From Paraspadella gotoi (lineage: Eukaryota; Animalia; Chaetognatha): a DNA stretch of 64,000 bases. The stretch is from the NCBI GenBank assembly GCA_051294375.1, contig CM119270.1:4208301-4272300 (forward strand), written 5' to 3'. The notes under the pieces are model-generated. The model ran no database searches, had not been told where the DNA came from, and saw only the letters and a list, made by a program, of their open reading frames with translations. The position numbers were made by a program, and so were the translations under genes. This document shows, piece by piece, positions 39,496-52,909 of this stretch; the first letter of the stretch is position 1, and every line of letters begins with the position of its first letter.

Positions 39496-40556
39496 GAGAG
39501 AGAGGAAAAAGAGAGAGAGATACAGAGAGAGAGAGAGACAGAGAGAGAACAGAGAGAGAGACAGAGTGAGACAGAGAGAGAGAGAAAGCAGGAAGGGGCG
39601 ATTTAATCTTTGTTTCTCCCATAAAAAAAACAATTTATCACTTTAGATTAAGGAAATAGCCTCCATACATGCAAACTTTTATTAATAATTCCGTAACATT
39701 AACCGCCCTGACGTAAAATAGATTTTTATCTACGCAATAAAATTAAAGGCTCAATATTCCAAAAAAGTTTAAATACTGAATAAATATTAATCTCCGCTCG
39801 CGTTTTAGCGATCACGTGACCAATATCTGGCAGCGGGCGAATTTAACTCTACAAAAATGGCTCGATATTTATTTTAATAGAAATTGTAAAGAAATGTAGA
39901 CGTATGTAAACAAAAAAAAAAAAAAAAAAAAATTCGCAGGCCAGATCTAAAAACAATTTTCTTTTTTTTATTCAAATCCCGATTCCGAAATTCTTTCAAT
40001 TAAAATTCTTTTTCATGTTTATTTTTTAATTTTTTAATTCGAATTTCTTTTTCTCTTCTGCAGATGACTTAAGGACAAAAGGAGAATGAAGAAGTCAAAA
40101 AGTGAAGGTTGAAAATAACAACTAAGGGAAGCTTCGCCCACCAATAAAATATCAAGTATTAAACAGTATTTCTTATAAAAAGCCCCCCAAAAAAATTAAT
40201 TTTTAAAAAAGCCAAATTGTAACATCGGACTACAAATCGGCGGAAGATTCGCAATTTTCTTCGCAAAAAAAAAAATTATTATTGAAATTTTTTTTTTTAA
40301 AAATCGGATTAAAATTTAAAAAAATTGACAAAAACAATAAAACAAAAAAGAGAAAAAAACATATTTAAATCTTCATAAAACCAAAATAAATAAAAACCCA
40401 ACTTAACCACCTAAATCCGCCCCCCCCCAAATCCGGCCAAACCATCTTCCTTTGCTCCCGCATCAAAGTCAAACCACTCGCTCTCTATCTCTCTCAACCC
40501 CCCATACAACGCCGACGACGCCGACCACCACAACGGCGCCGCCCACCACGACCGAG

Positions 40557-40738
40557 ATGGCGGCGGACGACAAGACGGCGACGGCGACGTTGGTCCGCGG
40601 ATTCAACAAACGAGTCGGACGCACGAAGGAGATCGTGCTGCAGTCCATGGGCAAAGTGGACAGGACCGAGGACGGCACCTTCGATTACTACGTGGCCAAC
40701 TTCACCAAACAGCAGGCCAACTCCACCAAGCTTCAAAA
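40557..40738 (+). CDS. Amph: Amphiphysin/BIN1 alternative first coding exon 1a
   Basis: MAADDKTATATLVRGFNKRVGRTKEIVLQSMGKVDRTEDGTFDYYVANFTKQQANSTKLQ; donor CAA AA|gtagga, phase 2; matches the N-BAR start (KEKxLQxLGKxDRTxDxxFD). Confidence 0.9.
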
Positions 40739-41304
40739 GTAGGACTCTGGGGAAAGGGGAGCTTGCTTTTTCTTTTAAGCGTTTGTATGCGCAAATGTGT
40801 GTTTTTTACCAGTTGGATTGAAAAAGAAACCGAGCTGTTTAGGAAATCAGCGATGTTTTCCAAATTGACGACTAACAATGTAACAATTTCCCCCCCCCCC
40901 GAGTTCGGCTCTTAATTTTTATTAATAAGTTGTGAGCGTATCAGTTTTTCAAATTTCGGTTCCGTTGGTTTTTCTGCATCACATGGTTCGTTAATGTCAA
41001 TTCAATTCCACAAGTTGTTAATTTTTAACTTTTCTTTCCGCAAAAAAAAAAATCAACTGGAAATTTTGAATTGTAATTTAGACAAACTCGGCCGCAGCCC
41101 CGCGGCCCCGCGGCCTCGCCGCCTCCGCTGCCTTCGCGCCCGCGCGGCGCAGATCTCTCGGCAGCCGTACGCGCCGGCGCCGCGTTTCTCCCGCGTTTTT
41201 TCAATCGATTTCCTTTTGTTCTTTTGTTTTTCTTATTTCGATTCATTTTTCTCTCGTCAATTTAGTTCATTGTTATAGCATCTGCGGATTTAATTTTTTT
41301 TTTT

Positions 41305-41379
<75 letters not shown>

Positions 41380-41771
41380 CTCTCTTCTTTTCTCTCTCTC
41401 TCTCACGTGAGTGTCTCGATCCCCGTTCAAACACGTTTATCATGTTTTTTTTACCCATTAATTTTATATTTCCCCCTCGTTACGCAATTTTTTTCAAGCA
41501 TGAAGCGCCGGTTCACTTAATTAAACTAAGCTTCCTGGCGTCAGTCGCCAACGTGGACCAATCAAAAGCGTCGATACGGAATTTTACCCAATAGGGAAAT
41601 TCGTCGCCAAACGTCACACTTTTAAATTCCGAGAAATGAGAGATTGGTAAACTGGAGAGTGAGAAGTCGAAAGGCACGTCATTTGATCAAAGGGAAAAAC
41701 TATAACAACAACAAATTCGACGACGACGACGACGACGACGTCGACGTTGACGTAACAGGAGAGAAACTACA

Positions 41772-41842
41772 CATCATATCATATCATATCACAGCATATC
41801 ATATCATATCACAGCATATCATATCATATCACAGCATATCAC
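41772..41842 (+). repeat. (CATAT/CACAG)n pentamer repeat
   Basis: catatcatatcacagcatat units. Confidence 0.85.
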
Positions 41843-42205
41843 GCGCCACCTTACACGCCCTTGCTATATTTGTCGTAGGAATTATCATCTAATTACTTAG
41901 CAAAGAAAACCATCAAAACAATTTTTTTAATCAAACTCACTTTCACCATAAATAAATCTCACCCAACACCAAACAAAGAATTCAAATAACACCTCAATAA
42001 AAAGTCCACATCATATAAAGAATTCACATAGTCACTCTTCACCACAAAAAAAAACCTCTTTTTCATAGAAAAACTCGTGCAAACTCTTGACTCTTTACAA
42101 TTTCATCACAATACCCTTCTCCCATACTTTCCACACACAAACACTCCCAATCTCTCTCTCTCTCTCCACACACACACACACACAACCAAAAAAACAAAAA
42201 CCAAA

Positions 42206-42390
42206 ATGGCGTCCGAGGATAAGAGCGGCACCTTGCGGGATTTCCGCAAAAAAGCCTCCGTCTACGGACGACGACGAATGGAGCAGTTGGGTCAATCGAT
42301 GGGAAAACTCGATCGAACCGAAGATTCCTTTTTCGATTTCAACGTCGAAAATTTCGAGCGCCAACAATTCAACGCCGCCAAATTACAAAA
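42206..42390 (+). CDS. Amph: Amphiphysin/BIN1 alternative first coding exon 1b
   Basis: MASEDKSGTLRDFRKKASVYGRRRMEQLGQSMGKLDRTEDSFFDFNVENFERQQFNAAKLQ; AAAATGG start context; donor CAA AA|gtttgt, phase 2. Confidence 0.88.
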
Positions 42391-44026
42391 GTTTGTCTCT
42401 TTTTTTTTTGTTTTCAAAATTCTTTCCCGCCAAAAAAAAAAATAAATTTTAATATTGGGTTTCGTCCACGTGATACGATCGGGAAACCTTTTCCTACTTC
42501 GATATTTTTGAGAAAAATTCTAAGGATTTTTTTATCGAACGAGCACTATGGGATTTTTTGACTTTTTCGCGGTGATTGGTCCGAGAGGCTAAAGTCAAAC
42601 GTTGATTGGTTAATCATTTTATTCATCAATCGTCGACAATCAAATGAGTTGCTATCAAATTTTATCAGAGTTTTACTAAAATTTTTAGCTCGGTGATGGA
42701 TAATGATAGGGTGGGTTTCAAGTAGAAAGACAGTTTAATAAACTGAATTTAATAAACTGAGTTTATTCAAATCACGAATCCCCATGTTGTACATTGTACT
42801 CATTATCGAAACCATTTCGTACTCAATTGAACGAACCTCAATGCAATAATCAAAACCCAGGAAAATTCCCATTTCTGTCTGTCCGCGTCGAACCAATCAA
42901 AATGCATTATTCTCGTCACGGTCCAACCAATAAAAATCATTCTCCCTCGTGTGCTTCGACCAATTTTAGAGAATCGCCGACTGGTCTATCGGTTTTTGAT
43001 TCTCGCTTCCTGCGGTGTTTGTAATTTGCGACATCATCAGTGGGTATGAATATAACCACCCGCCTCCAACTTTCCCAGTTTCCCACATCGACCCCAACTT
43101 TCCCAGTTTCCCACTCCCCTCACGAATCCCAGTTCGGCCTTTCTAATTCTTAACACCAACCCTTAAAACTTTCAACCACTCTACACTTCTTTTTTCCCAC
43201 TCCTTTGAATATTAAGCACTGTCTCCGTTAACACTTGACTTTTCATGTTTTCTTTCTTATTTTTTCTTTCTCCTTATTTCTTTTTGCCTTTTTCCTTTTT
43301 CCTTTTTCCTTTTTCCTTTTTACTTTTTTATTTTTTATTTTTCCTTTTTTCTTTTTCCTTTTTTCTTTTTCCTTTTTTCATTTTCATTTTTTATTTTTTC
43401 TTTTCCTTTTTTTCTATCTCCTTTTTTCTTTTTCCTTTTTTTCTTTCTCCTTCTTTCTTTCTCCTTTTTTCTTTTCCTTTTCCCCCCCATTTTCAACTTT
43501 TCACTTCTAGTAATTCCTTCCTTACGCATTAAATCTTTCTTTTAGTTTCTCATTCGAATGACGTAATTTTTTTTTCCCGAGAGAAAAGAAGAATTTCCTT
43601 CTAAGAACGATTCTTCGCTGTCGATCGCTCAATCAGTATGCAAATTGCAGACAAGAACAATTCAGTTTTTCTCCTGTTTTGTTGCCATTTTTTTACTTAG
43701 CACTAAACCCGACCTCTATCGTCAAATATCAAAACATTTTTTGCCATTAAACATTTTTCGGTTTCTCCTCATCAAGATATATTTCAAATTTACGGCTGCG
43801 ATCACCTGACGGGAATTATTTTTAGTCTCGTTTTTAGAAGATCATGAAAAAATATGCAAATGAGTTTCAAAACGAGGCTTAAAGAAAACAAATGATCTAA
43901 ACGATAGGAGTTACGGTGCGAGACATCTTGATTCATCATTCCTAAAATAACTTCTCCCTGCCCTCGAATCCCTCTCCATCCTCCAACCATCATTCGAACC
44001 ACCCTTCCCCTCCACAACCCCCGCAG

Positions 44027-44225
44027 ATACATGGGCAACTACATCGGCGCCGTCCGCGCCGTCGTCCACGCCTCCATCGCCTTCCAAGACGCCCTCAAGG
44101 AAGTCTACGAGGACGAGTGGGCGGGGAAGTTCGAGCTCATCAACGACCTCGACCTCATCAAGCAGTGCAGCCACGAGTACTTGCGGGAGCTGGACAAGAG
44201 CTCCACCGCGCTTTACTCCTATCAG
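44027..44225 (+). CDS. Amph: Amphiphysin/BIN1 exon 2 (BAR)
   Basis: ccccgcag|A completes Lys; YMGNYIGAVRAVVHASIAFQDALKEVYEDEWAG...ALYSYQ; donor CAG|gttggg, phase 0. Confidence 0.92.
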
Positions 44226-45572
44226 GTTGGGGGGAGTGGGGGGGTTCGCTGGGGGAGTGGGGGTAGAAGTGGATGGGTTCTTTAGTCATGGGTGGGCTGA
44301 GAGTCGAAATCTGATGCGAAATTTCTAAACTCGGATTTGGAATGAGATGCTTTAAAAGGTGAGGTCGAAGGGATCGAGACAGATAAATTGGAGATGACCC
44401 AGACGGGGACCGAGGCGGATCTGCGATAATTGTGACGTGTGACATTGTCAAATCACTTAGCGATTTTTGTCAATTGTCAATGCGTCGCAAAATCATCGAA
44501 AGTTATTGGTAGTATCATAGTTGGACCCGTAAATTTTAGATTAAAGGTTTTTTACTTTTCACGCAGAAGTTGAGGACAAATTTCTGACTTAGTAACTAAT
44601 AACTAACCAAGTCCAGAAGACCCCACGAACATCTCTTTCCGCGCTTTCCCCCACAAGAAATTTAGCTTAAATAAATATAAAAAAAATTAATAAAGTTAAA
44701 AAAATATTAATTTGTTCAATCCATCGACATCTAAAATTTAAATATTATCTTGCATTCGTGCAATTTTCATAAATTAACAAATGATTCAGTTCTGAAACCA
44801 TCCCAAGTATGACTTACCCTTCTCTTACTTACCCTTCAACCTCGTGTTTAACGCTTGACTGTCAAAAAGCTTTTTCCTCGGAAAAAAATGGTTTAACGGA
44901 ATTTTCTCACCTCGAGAGGGGGGGGGGCGAATGGAGAGGGGAGAAGCCTCGACCCGTTGGGTGATTCTAGATTCAGGAATCAAAAACCAGAGACATCAAC
45001 GAGACGCAATAATTCGTGAGGCGATAGACGCTACTGACAAATGTTGAGACAAAATATATTTTTAAAAAGACTTTATCACGACAACACAAACAATTTAAAG
45101 GCAAACATTTTGTGAAAATAAGAAGCACGGGCAGTTTTGCGATTCGTGAAGCCGCGTGAAGGTTCATTAGTTATCACACCTTCTATTTTAACCTTGACCT
45201 CGAATTGTTAATGTTAATGTTAATGTTAATGTTCTATTTTAACCACGACCTCGAAATGTTTCGCGCTATTAAATCCTTTACTTTCATTTTACAGCGTGAG
45301 ATCTGAATCAATCACGTGACCCTAGAATATTTGAATCAAATCACGATCGAAGATTGTGAACGTCTGTCTATTGTAAATCTAAGACTGTGAACGACTGTGA
45401 TTTATGAATCGAAGATTGTTACCGACTGTGAATTGTGAATCGATCGGTGAGATTAAAAGGGATTCGTCGCCCGAAGCTGAAACCGAGTCAGCGCGAAGTA
45501 CATTCTAGGTAACATTTGGATTAAGTCAATTTAGAGAAAGAGAAAGAGAAGAGAGAAAGAGAGAAGAGAGAG

Positions 45573-45615
<43 letters not shown>

Positions 45616-45713
45616 AGAGAGAAGGGAGAGAGAATGAGACATTTAACTCGACATCGGCTTACAAATGCGTCCCATTGGAGAAAAGGGAAGTCCCAAGCAG
45701 ACAATAAAACTCT

Positions 45714-45764
<51 letters not shown>

Positions 45765-46086
45765 CTCCCCTCCCTCTCTCTCTCTCTCTCCCTGTCTCTC
45801 CCCTTTCCTCTCTCTCCTCAACTTGAGTCCCGCTTCGCCGGTAACGAAGACAGGCGTCGCTCGATTCGCCCATCGATTTCCCCTTTCCACCTGACCCACC
45901 TATCACCATCCTCTTCACCCAACGCTTCAACCACCATCTCCACCCCGACTTCGGCGTCGCCGTCTTCATCCGAACCCCAAAGCCGACTCAGGTTACAGTG
46001 AATAAAAAGTTCGAAAAAAAAATTACAATGTAAATCATGAGAAAGAGAGAAGAGAGGAAAGAGAGAAAGAAGAGAAGAGAGAAAGA

Positions 46087-46134
<48 letters not shown>

Positions 46135-49129
46135 GAGAGAGAGAGAGAGAGAGATCTCGTCGCACTAATCTTTTCTGCTTTCAAGAGTCGCGATTCTTTT
46201 TTTTTCTCCGGGTTATATTCGCCCGCGTACAGTGGGAGGACGCTTTGTAACGACAACTAACGGGACACATCTCTCAACTCCTCAATTAATATTGGGTTTT
46301 TTTTTCACCGATTTTTATAGGGTTAATTTTCACCCGCGAAACATAATTCTATGGTTTTGACTCGTCTATTCGGGAATCTATTTTATGAAGCAATACTGAT
46401 GTACCGGAGATATTTAGCTCAAGGTGAATAAAACGAAGGTTTGCGAAGCGTGAAGACAGGATATGAGAAATAGAAAAATGGAGAGAGAGATAGAGAGAGA
46501 GAGGAGAGAGTGTATAGATTGAGAATAATGAGTATGATTGAGAGAGAGAAAACTAATCAGATGAGAGAGTAGAATAGAGAGAGAGAGAGGAGTAGATGTA
46601 GATAAGGAACGACCAGGGAAATCTAACAGATAAGTGGAAAAAGTGTTTCCTAAAAAAATGTTTTTCGTTTTAAATTCACTGTGTGACTCGTCGTACGACT
46701 GTGATGATTGGAAACGCAGTTTCCCGTGAAAGGAAAAGAAAGAAGGGGAAAAAAGGAAAAGTAACTAAAAGAGAAAGTAAATGGATAAAAAAAAGGAAGA
46801 GAAAACGAAGAGAATTGGAGAAAAAAAGGAAAAGATAAGAAAAACTAAGAACAAAATAAAAAAGATAAAAAAGATAGAAAAACTTAAGGAAAAAAATTAG
46901 AGCTCGAATCTGAAAGAGCGAGACTAATAAATTTTTCAGTTAGAACATTGTTGAAAGTTGACATTAACTGCGACGCTAATTTAATGTCAAAGTCCGTTTA
47001 ATTTCTTTTTGTTTTCCTTGAGACTTAAATCTTTAAAATTCTTTCTTCTTTCGCTTGCGTCACTCCAAATTATAGTCCGGACGCATTGATTTTTGNNNNN
47101 NNNNNNNNNNNNNNNNNNNNNNNNNNNNNNNNNNNNNNNNNNNNNNNNNNNNNNNNNNNNNNNNNNNNNNNNNNNNNNNNNNNNNNNNNNNNNNNNNNNN
47201 NNNNNNNNNNNNNNNNNNNNNNNNNNNNNNNNNNNNNNNNNNNNNNNNNNNNNNNNNNNNNNNNNNNNNNNNNNNNNNNNNNNNNNNNNNNNNNNNNNNN
47301 NNNNNNNNNNNNNNNNNNNNNNNNNNNNNNNNNNNNNNNNNGATGATTGGCATACTATCGATCATCAGAAATCAATTTATTAAATCAATTAACCAATGAT
47401 TTTTATATAATTTATCAAGCCTTTACAAGTTTTTCACTAGCGCCAGCACCGTGACAGTTCCCTCGTCGGTTCTTAGTCAGCCCCGCAGCCAATTTAGTCG
47501 ATCAACATCCAACTGGAATTAATCAACTACCCAGCTGGTTGTACTCGAATCTACTCTGATCTAAAAATTCCGGTTTCGTTAGAGTTTAACTCGACTTTCC
47601 CTTTCTTAGCTTTGGCATTTATCAGTTGCCGCCTCTCGCTCGTTCATTGTTAATTTACGAACCTACTTTCTTCTTACGAGGGAAGAGAGTTCGCTTTAAC
47701 TTACTCTAATTTCCATTGCTTTCTAATTTATTTNNNNNNNNNNNNNNNNNNNNNNNNNGAAAGGAAAGAAGAAAGAAAGAAACAGAAGAAAGAGAGAAAA
47801 GTAAAGAAGAAGAAAGAAGAGAAAAGAAATGAGACACAGAAAGAAAGAAAGAAAGAAAGAAAGACAAGAAGAAAAAAAAAAGAAAGATTAAATCGAGAGA
47901 TAGAGCTGTGCACGACGCGAGTGAGAGAAGTTAGTGAGAGAGAGAGACAAGATCCGAGGTAGAGTAGGGAGAGGACGCACGTAGTATAGAGACGAGAGCA
48001 GAGAGAGAGAGCAGAGAGAAAAAAAGAGCGGCGCACTTCACCCCCGTGTTGGAAAATAAAAGGATGCCTTCGCAGATCGGTAGAGGCCGGCAGACAGAGG
48101 ACTCTTAATCCTCTTGTCGAGGCCAGCACATATAGCGCGACTCACAAGCTTGGGAGCGCACACTGGTCTGAAAAAGGTATCTACTAACACGGGGAAAGTA
48201 ACATAAAAAGTGACGAGAATGAGCGGAAACTAAATATAGTTAATTGGCGGCCGGAAAGGGAAATTATACGAAGACCCAAATGAGGGTATAAAAAAGGGAG
48301 AGAGAACGAGTAGGGAAGAAAGAGAGAAAGGTGAACTGAATTCGGGTGAACGCCGGCTCCCGATCGCCTGGGGAGGAGGATGAAGAGGAGGTGAATGAGG
48401 AAGGAGAGGGGTAATAGACCCCGAGCGTTTGTCTATCACCTTGAATACTGACAGATCTAAACTAAACAAGAATAAAACGTTTTTCCTGATAGGAGAACAA
48501 GTAGTTACTGGGTAGCTTGTGGAGAATTAGATAAAATCTTTTTTGGCGGCCCGCCGAAATATACCCGCGCAACAATTCATTAATACAACTTTTTGATTTT
48601 ACATTGAACTGAAATATTTAAAAAAACTATACAGATCCCAGCCAATGATGATGATGATTAGGTTTTTTTTAAGAGTTTTTCTTTTTTCCTTCTTTAATTC
48701 TATTTTTAAAAAAACGACGGCCAAAGTTTATTATACAATTGTAAAAAATTGGTAGTACTGCTAACTTTTATTTTAACGTTTTTTAAGCTCTCATAGGAAT
48801 CAGTTCTTAAAACAATATTTTTTTTAAAAAAAATAATTTTGGTACATATTTTTTTATACTATTTCATAAATATATTAAAAGCTTCAAGTGCAACAACCCA
48901 CCATGAACTAATTACATAACAAGTTGCATTGTATAAATTCGATTTAGAACTAATTAGAAGTAAAAAAAAGGAATTTTTTTGAGAGACTAGAAGAGTTACT
49001 AAAAAATGTGTCATTTTTGGCACCTGCGCTAAATACCTCACAGTAATTCCGCTCTTTTTCTTCTGTTTTTATTTAACTAACTTTCAGCAGCAATAGCAGC
49101 CACGCCAGCTGCGGAAGACAAGTTAATTA

Positions 49130-49330
49130 GTTACTGTCCGCGCAGTACTCTTCCGTGGAGCAACTCTATCTAGATTAACTTTTTCCTGTTGATCCGTCGT
49201 ATGTCTGTCTGTCGGTGCTGTCCACACTTACATTAAAATATGCATATGAATTCGCTTACAGTTGACTGCTCCGTTTCTTAAGACAGAAAACCTGAGAGCG
49301 TGCGCAAAACACATTGGAATTACCTTTCCT
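49130..49330 (-). mobile_element. Diverged copy of the 15857-16070 repeat
   Basis: ggagcaactctat...tgtctgtctgtc...acacattggaattacc shared. Confidence 0.6.
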
Positions 49331-50439
49331 TGTTCCTGTCGATATTGTCCTACTTTGCTTGACTAATTATCTGTTCTCAAGGCAGTACATAGCAATTCCT
49401 CTTTTTAGCCGAGAATTGGTAAAAAGGAATTCAAGAAACGTCCTTCCGGAATCAGCGAAGTAATTCAAAAGCTTGCTTCGGATCGCTATTTTAACAGCTC
49501 AAGCTTTCCTCCGAGCTACTATAGCCTAACCAAGCTAATTATAATAGTAAATTACATAGTAATTACACATAACTATGGCGTCTAGAAATGACCGAAAAAG
49601 GCTTCGTTTCCACCGGGACTGAAATTAACAAAGAAAAAGAGGAAAAATGAGCGACCTGCAACAATATGGGCGAGGAAAGACGATGGAAATGGAATCGCAC
49701 AGTTAACATTGACGGAAACATTGGATTGTCTCTCTCCCGGTAAGATTGGGTGGTAACAATTTCACTAAATGTTTTTATTTACAGGGTGTTTCCCTCCCAT
49801 ACAAAATTGATAAGCTCTATTGGGAACAAGTCTTTCTGTCGAGTTAAAAACTAAAACGATTCAGTATCTCATGAATTTATGTGATTGTGAAACCGGAACA
49901 CAAGCTTCCTTCATGGATCGCCTATATTCGGCGATCGCAAATGACTTCAGCAAGTAAAATAAAAAATTAATTGATTGAAGGTTTTTTTTTTTCGTTAGTT
50001 TCCATAAGCATCTTAAACTATAAGTTGGACAGAAGTCGCCACTTAATTGGCAGACGAGGGAACAGTCCGACCGATCGATCCGAGATGCTCCGCGAATAAC
50101 GCGCGGCAAAAACTAATAATCAATATCTGACTGGCTCTTAGGATCGAGGACACCACTTTCACTCGCAGTTAAAGGACGGGCAGCCCGCTCTGCCGCCATG
50201 ATCAAACGCGTTATAAATTCCCCGGCGCGGTCCCCAAGATCAAACGATCAAAGATGGCCTTCAAGGAGATGGGAAATCGGCAACTTCCTAGAGCGTCCCT
50301 GCGAGAGGAATACGGCGTCGATAAAAAGGCGAACTTGTTTCAAAACAGTCGAGTCTTTTTGTAACGAATACGAGGGAGGCGTTGGGTGATGATGAAGATG
50401 ATGAATGCCAGTATGAGTGCGGCATATAAGTTGTATCGA

Positions 50440-52189
50440 TATGGACGATCGTACGGAGATAGTGCGCCGAGTGTGGTACAATTTCGACAAAGGATGTTTG
50501 TTGAACGTATTTGAAATGGCCAATGCAGCAATGAATCCCGTCAAGGTAAATCACTATGACATATACAGCTATATTGCAACCTGAATGTAGAAATGATACG
50601 ATATCTTGAATCTAATGCAGTATTGATTAATATAACAATAAAGAGAAATGGAGGCGAGCGATACTCGATTTTGATACACGTATTTTTTTATTAATTGTAT
50701 AATTTCCGATATTGATGCTTCCAGCAAAAAATCTTTGAATTTTGTGGTAATGGCATATTCATGCCTGGGACAAAAGGGCCGGTTCGTAAGGCGGCATACG
50801 CGGGATCTGACCTAAAGAGAAGAGTTGCTGGAGGAATTAGGTCATTCGATCTACAAAATGAAGCTATTGTTTCGGACATTTACGGTTCGATTCCTCTGCG
50901 ATTGGGACGTAGGAATTGGTTAAAAAAGAAAACTATAACACATGCATGGGAAAGTTACATAAAAATTTAAAATTTGTGACAATATTTGATCATATTTTGG
51001 AAGATGCTGAAAAAAAAGATCTGAAAAAGATTTAAAATTTTTTTTTTTATGAATATTGTTGTAAAATGTAACTCACTACCATAGATTGGAGAGGAATGAG
51101 TTTTCCGCCTATGAAAAAAATGAAGTTTGTGAATGTAAACCTTTTTTTTGTCTAAATTCTTAGATCAAATTGTTATGTTAGATTAGATTATAACTGGATG
51201 TATCTGTTGAAATGACAGTAATTATTGTTATGTGTTTAAAGCGCGAATCCGTTCAAGAATAAGGCAGTCCCCTGGCTTGCTGATCAAGGACCATATTAAC
51301 CAACACCCGTGATAAACCAGAGAGAGCGGAGGGAAAAGGGTTAAAGCTCCTAACGGTGCTAGGCGACCACCGGGCTAGAAAAAACCGGGACGCTTTGGGT
51401 TTGGGAGCGAAGACTTGACTTCCGGCAGCCAATGGCCGCTGTTGAACGGGTTACGGGTGAGTTTTAAGTCCACACATACCATTCCCTTATTCCTTTTTTT
51501 TTATTTTAACTTCTATTCGATTCCCCATAGACGTTTCATTCTTTTATAATTTTTATTATAGTGGGTATTGTAGATATGTTTAAAATTACAAGGGGGAAAT
51601 GACAAGACGGAAAGAAAATTTAAATTTAAAAGGAGGGGTTAAGTTAAAAAATAGTCAAGGCGAGTCTGGGAAAAGGACGACGCAAGCGAAGATGCTCATT
51701 CTCGATTTCCGCAATTTTGATTCCAGCGAGGGAAACCGGACGAGACACCTGGCAGCCTATAGGCGGGCGAGAGTGTTTAATAGAAGCAATTTTTTTTGAA
51801 TATTTGTTTTTCTTAAAACATACTGCTATCTACGGGAGATATTAGTCTAAAATGTTGAAACGCTATCTAATGTCTAACAAGTGTGGTGTGTTTTGATTTA
51901 TGTTTTTTTAAATCTCCCCCACAAACCAGATGGTGTTTTAGTTTGACTGGAATATTCCGCACAGAATCAACGCCCCCTGTACACGGCATAGTTAAGCTGC
52001 CAGATGGAATGCACTCTAGTGCAAAACGGCGGTTTCGCCTGGTGATTGGTATAGCAATCCGAGATACGCGGCCTCGCGTTGAATTCGCAGTCCCATGCTC
52101 GCTCGAAAGCATTACTATTCCAGAAGCCAGGATTACAGAAGAGACGCTACCCCATCCATGTTCCGGAGATAATCGATAGAAAAAAGCGG
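50440..52189 (+). other. Exon-like islands in amphiphysin intron 2 (unknown gene or pseudogene)
   Basis: MDDRTEIVRRVWYNFDKGC...NPVK|gtaaat splices in frame to ccag|QKIFEFCGNG...PLRLG|gtagga (50725-50908); later islands (~51242-51457, ~51655-51772, ~51930-52189) have splice-like ends but contain stops. Confidence 0.3.
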
Positions 52190-52909
52190 TAAATTATTTT
52201 TTGAATTGTCTTTTATTTAGAAAACAAGTTGAGAAAATAATGTCGGATCTTTCTAACGATAATTAAGGCGGTTAAAAAAAGAGATAAAATGAAGATAAAT
52301 TCTTATCAATTTTAGTTACGTAACTATTTCAAAATGGAAAAAAATGTCCTGTTTTGGAAAATTTCAACCATCCGGTATAATTAATCAGTCATAACGACAG
52401 AAAAACAAGCAGATGGAACTGATAATGGGAGTTTGAAAATAAAAAACGTCCAGCCGGAAATTTGAAAAGTCGCTATAATAAATAATATAAGTTAAACAAT
52501 TTTTACTACCCATTTGAAAATGCAGGTGTATTTATTGATCTCTATTGTGAAACTCCTAACTCGTAAATTAACGCAACAATTATCGACGGACTTGATTGTT
52601 TTAATGCCTTTTAATTCACATTTAATGAAACAATAAATTCAGTTGGGACAGAAAGAAGACAAGTTATATTATATATTATATATATATTATATTTTATACA
52701 AAATAATAATTATATATGGTTGTACCAATTTCATAGATATCTTTTTTTCAAAAACGATGACAGAAGAAAAGAAATAGACACGAGTGAAAATAAGTAGGAG
52801 ACGCAAATTATTATTTGGGGTCAAAAGTGGTCATATCGGATTCATAAAACAACACAAATTAAACAAAGTCGTTTAAAAAAGTAAAAGGCTGGGAAATGAG
52901 TTTTGCTTA

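Noticed and set aside
43907-43914. Micro-exon in amphiphysin intron 1
   Set aside because: Exon 1 to exon 2 splicing already gives KLQKYMGNYI with the spacing expected for amphiphysins.
51920-52150. Minus-strand Cys-containing frame with in-frame TGA (selenoprotein?)
   Set aside because: No recognisable selenoprotein motif or SECIS seen; splice signals fit the plus strand at least as well.
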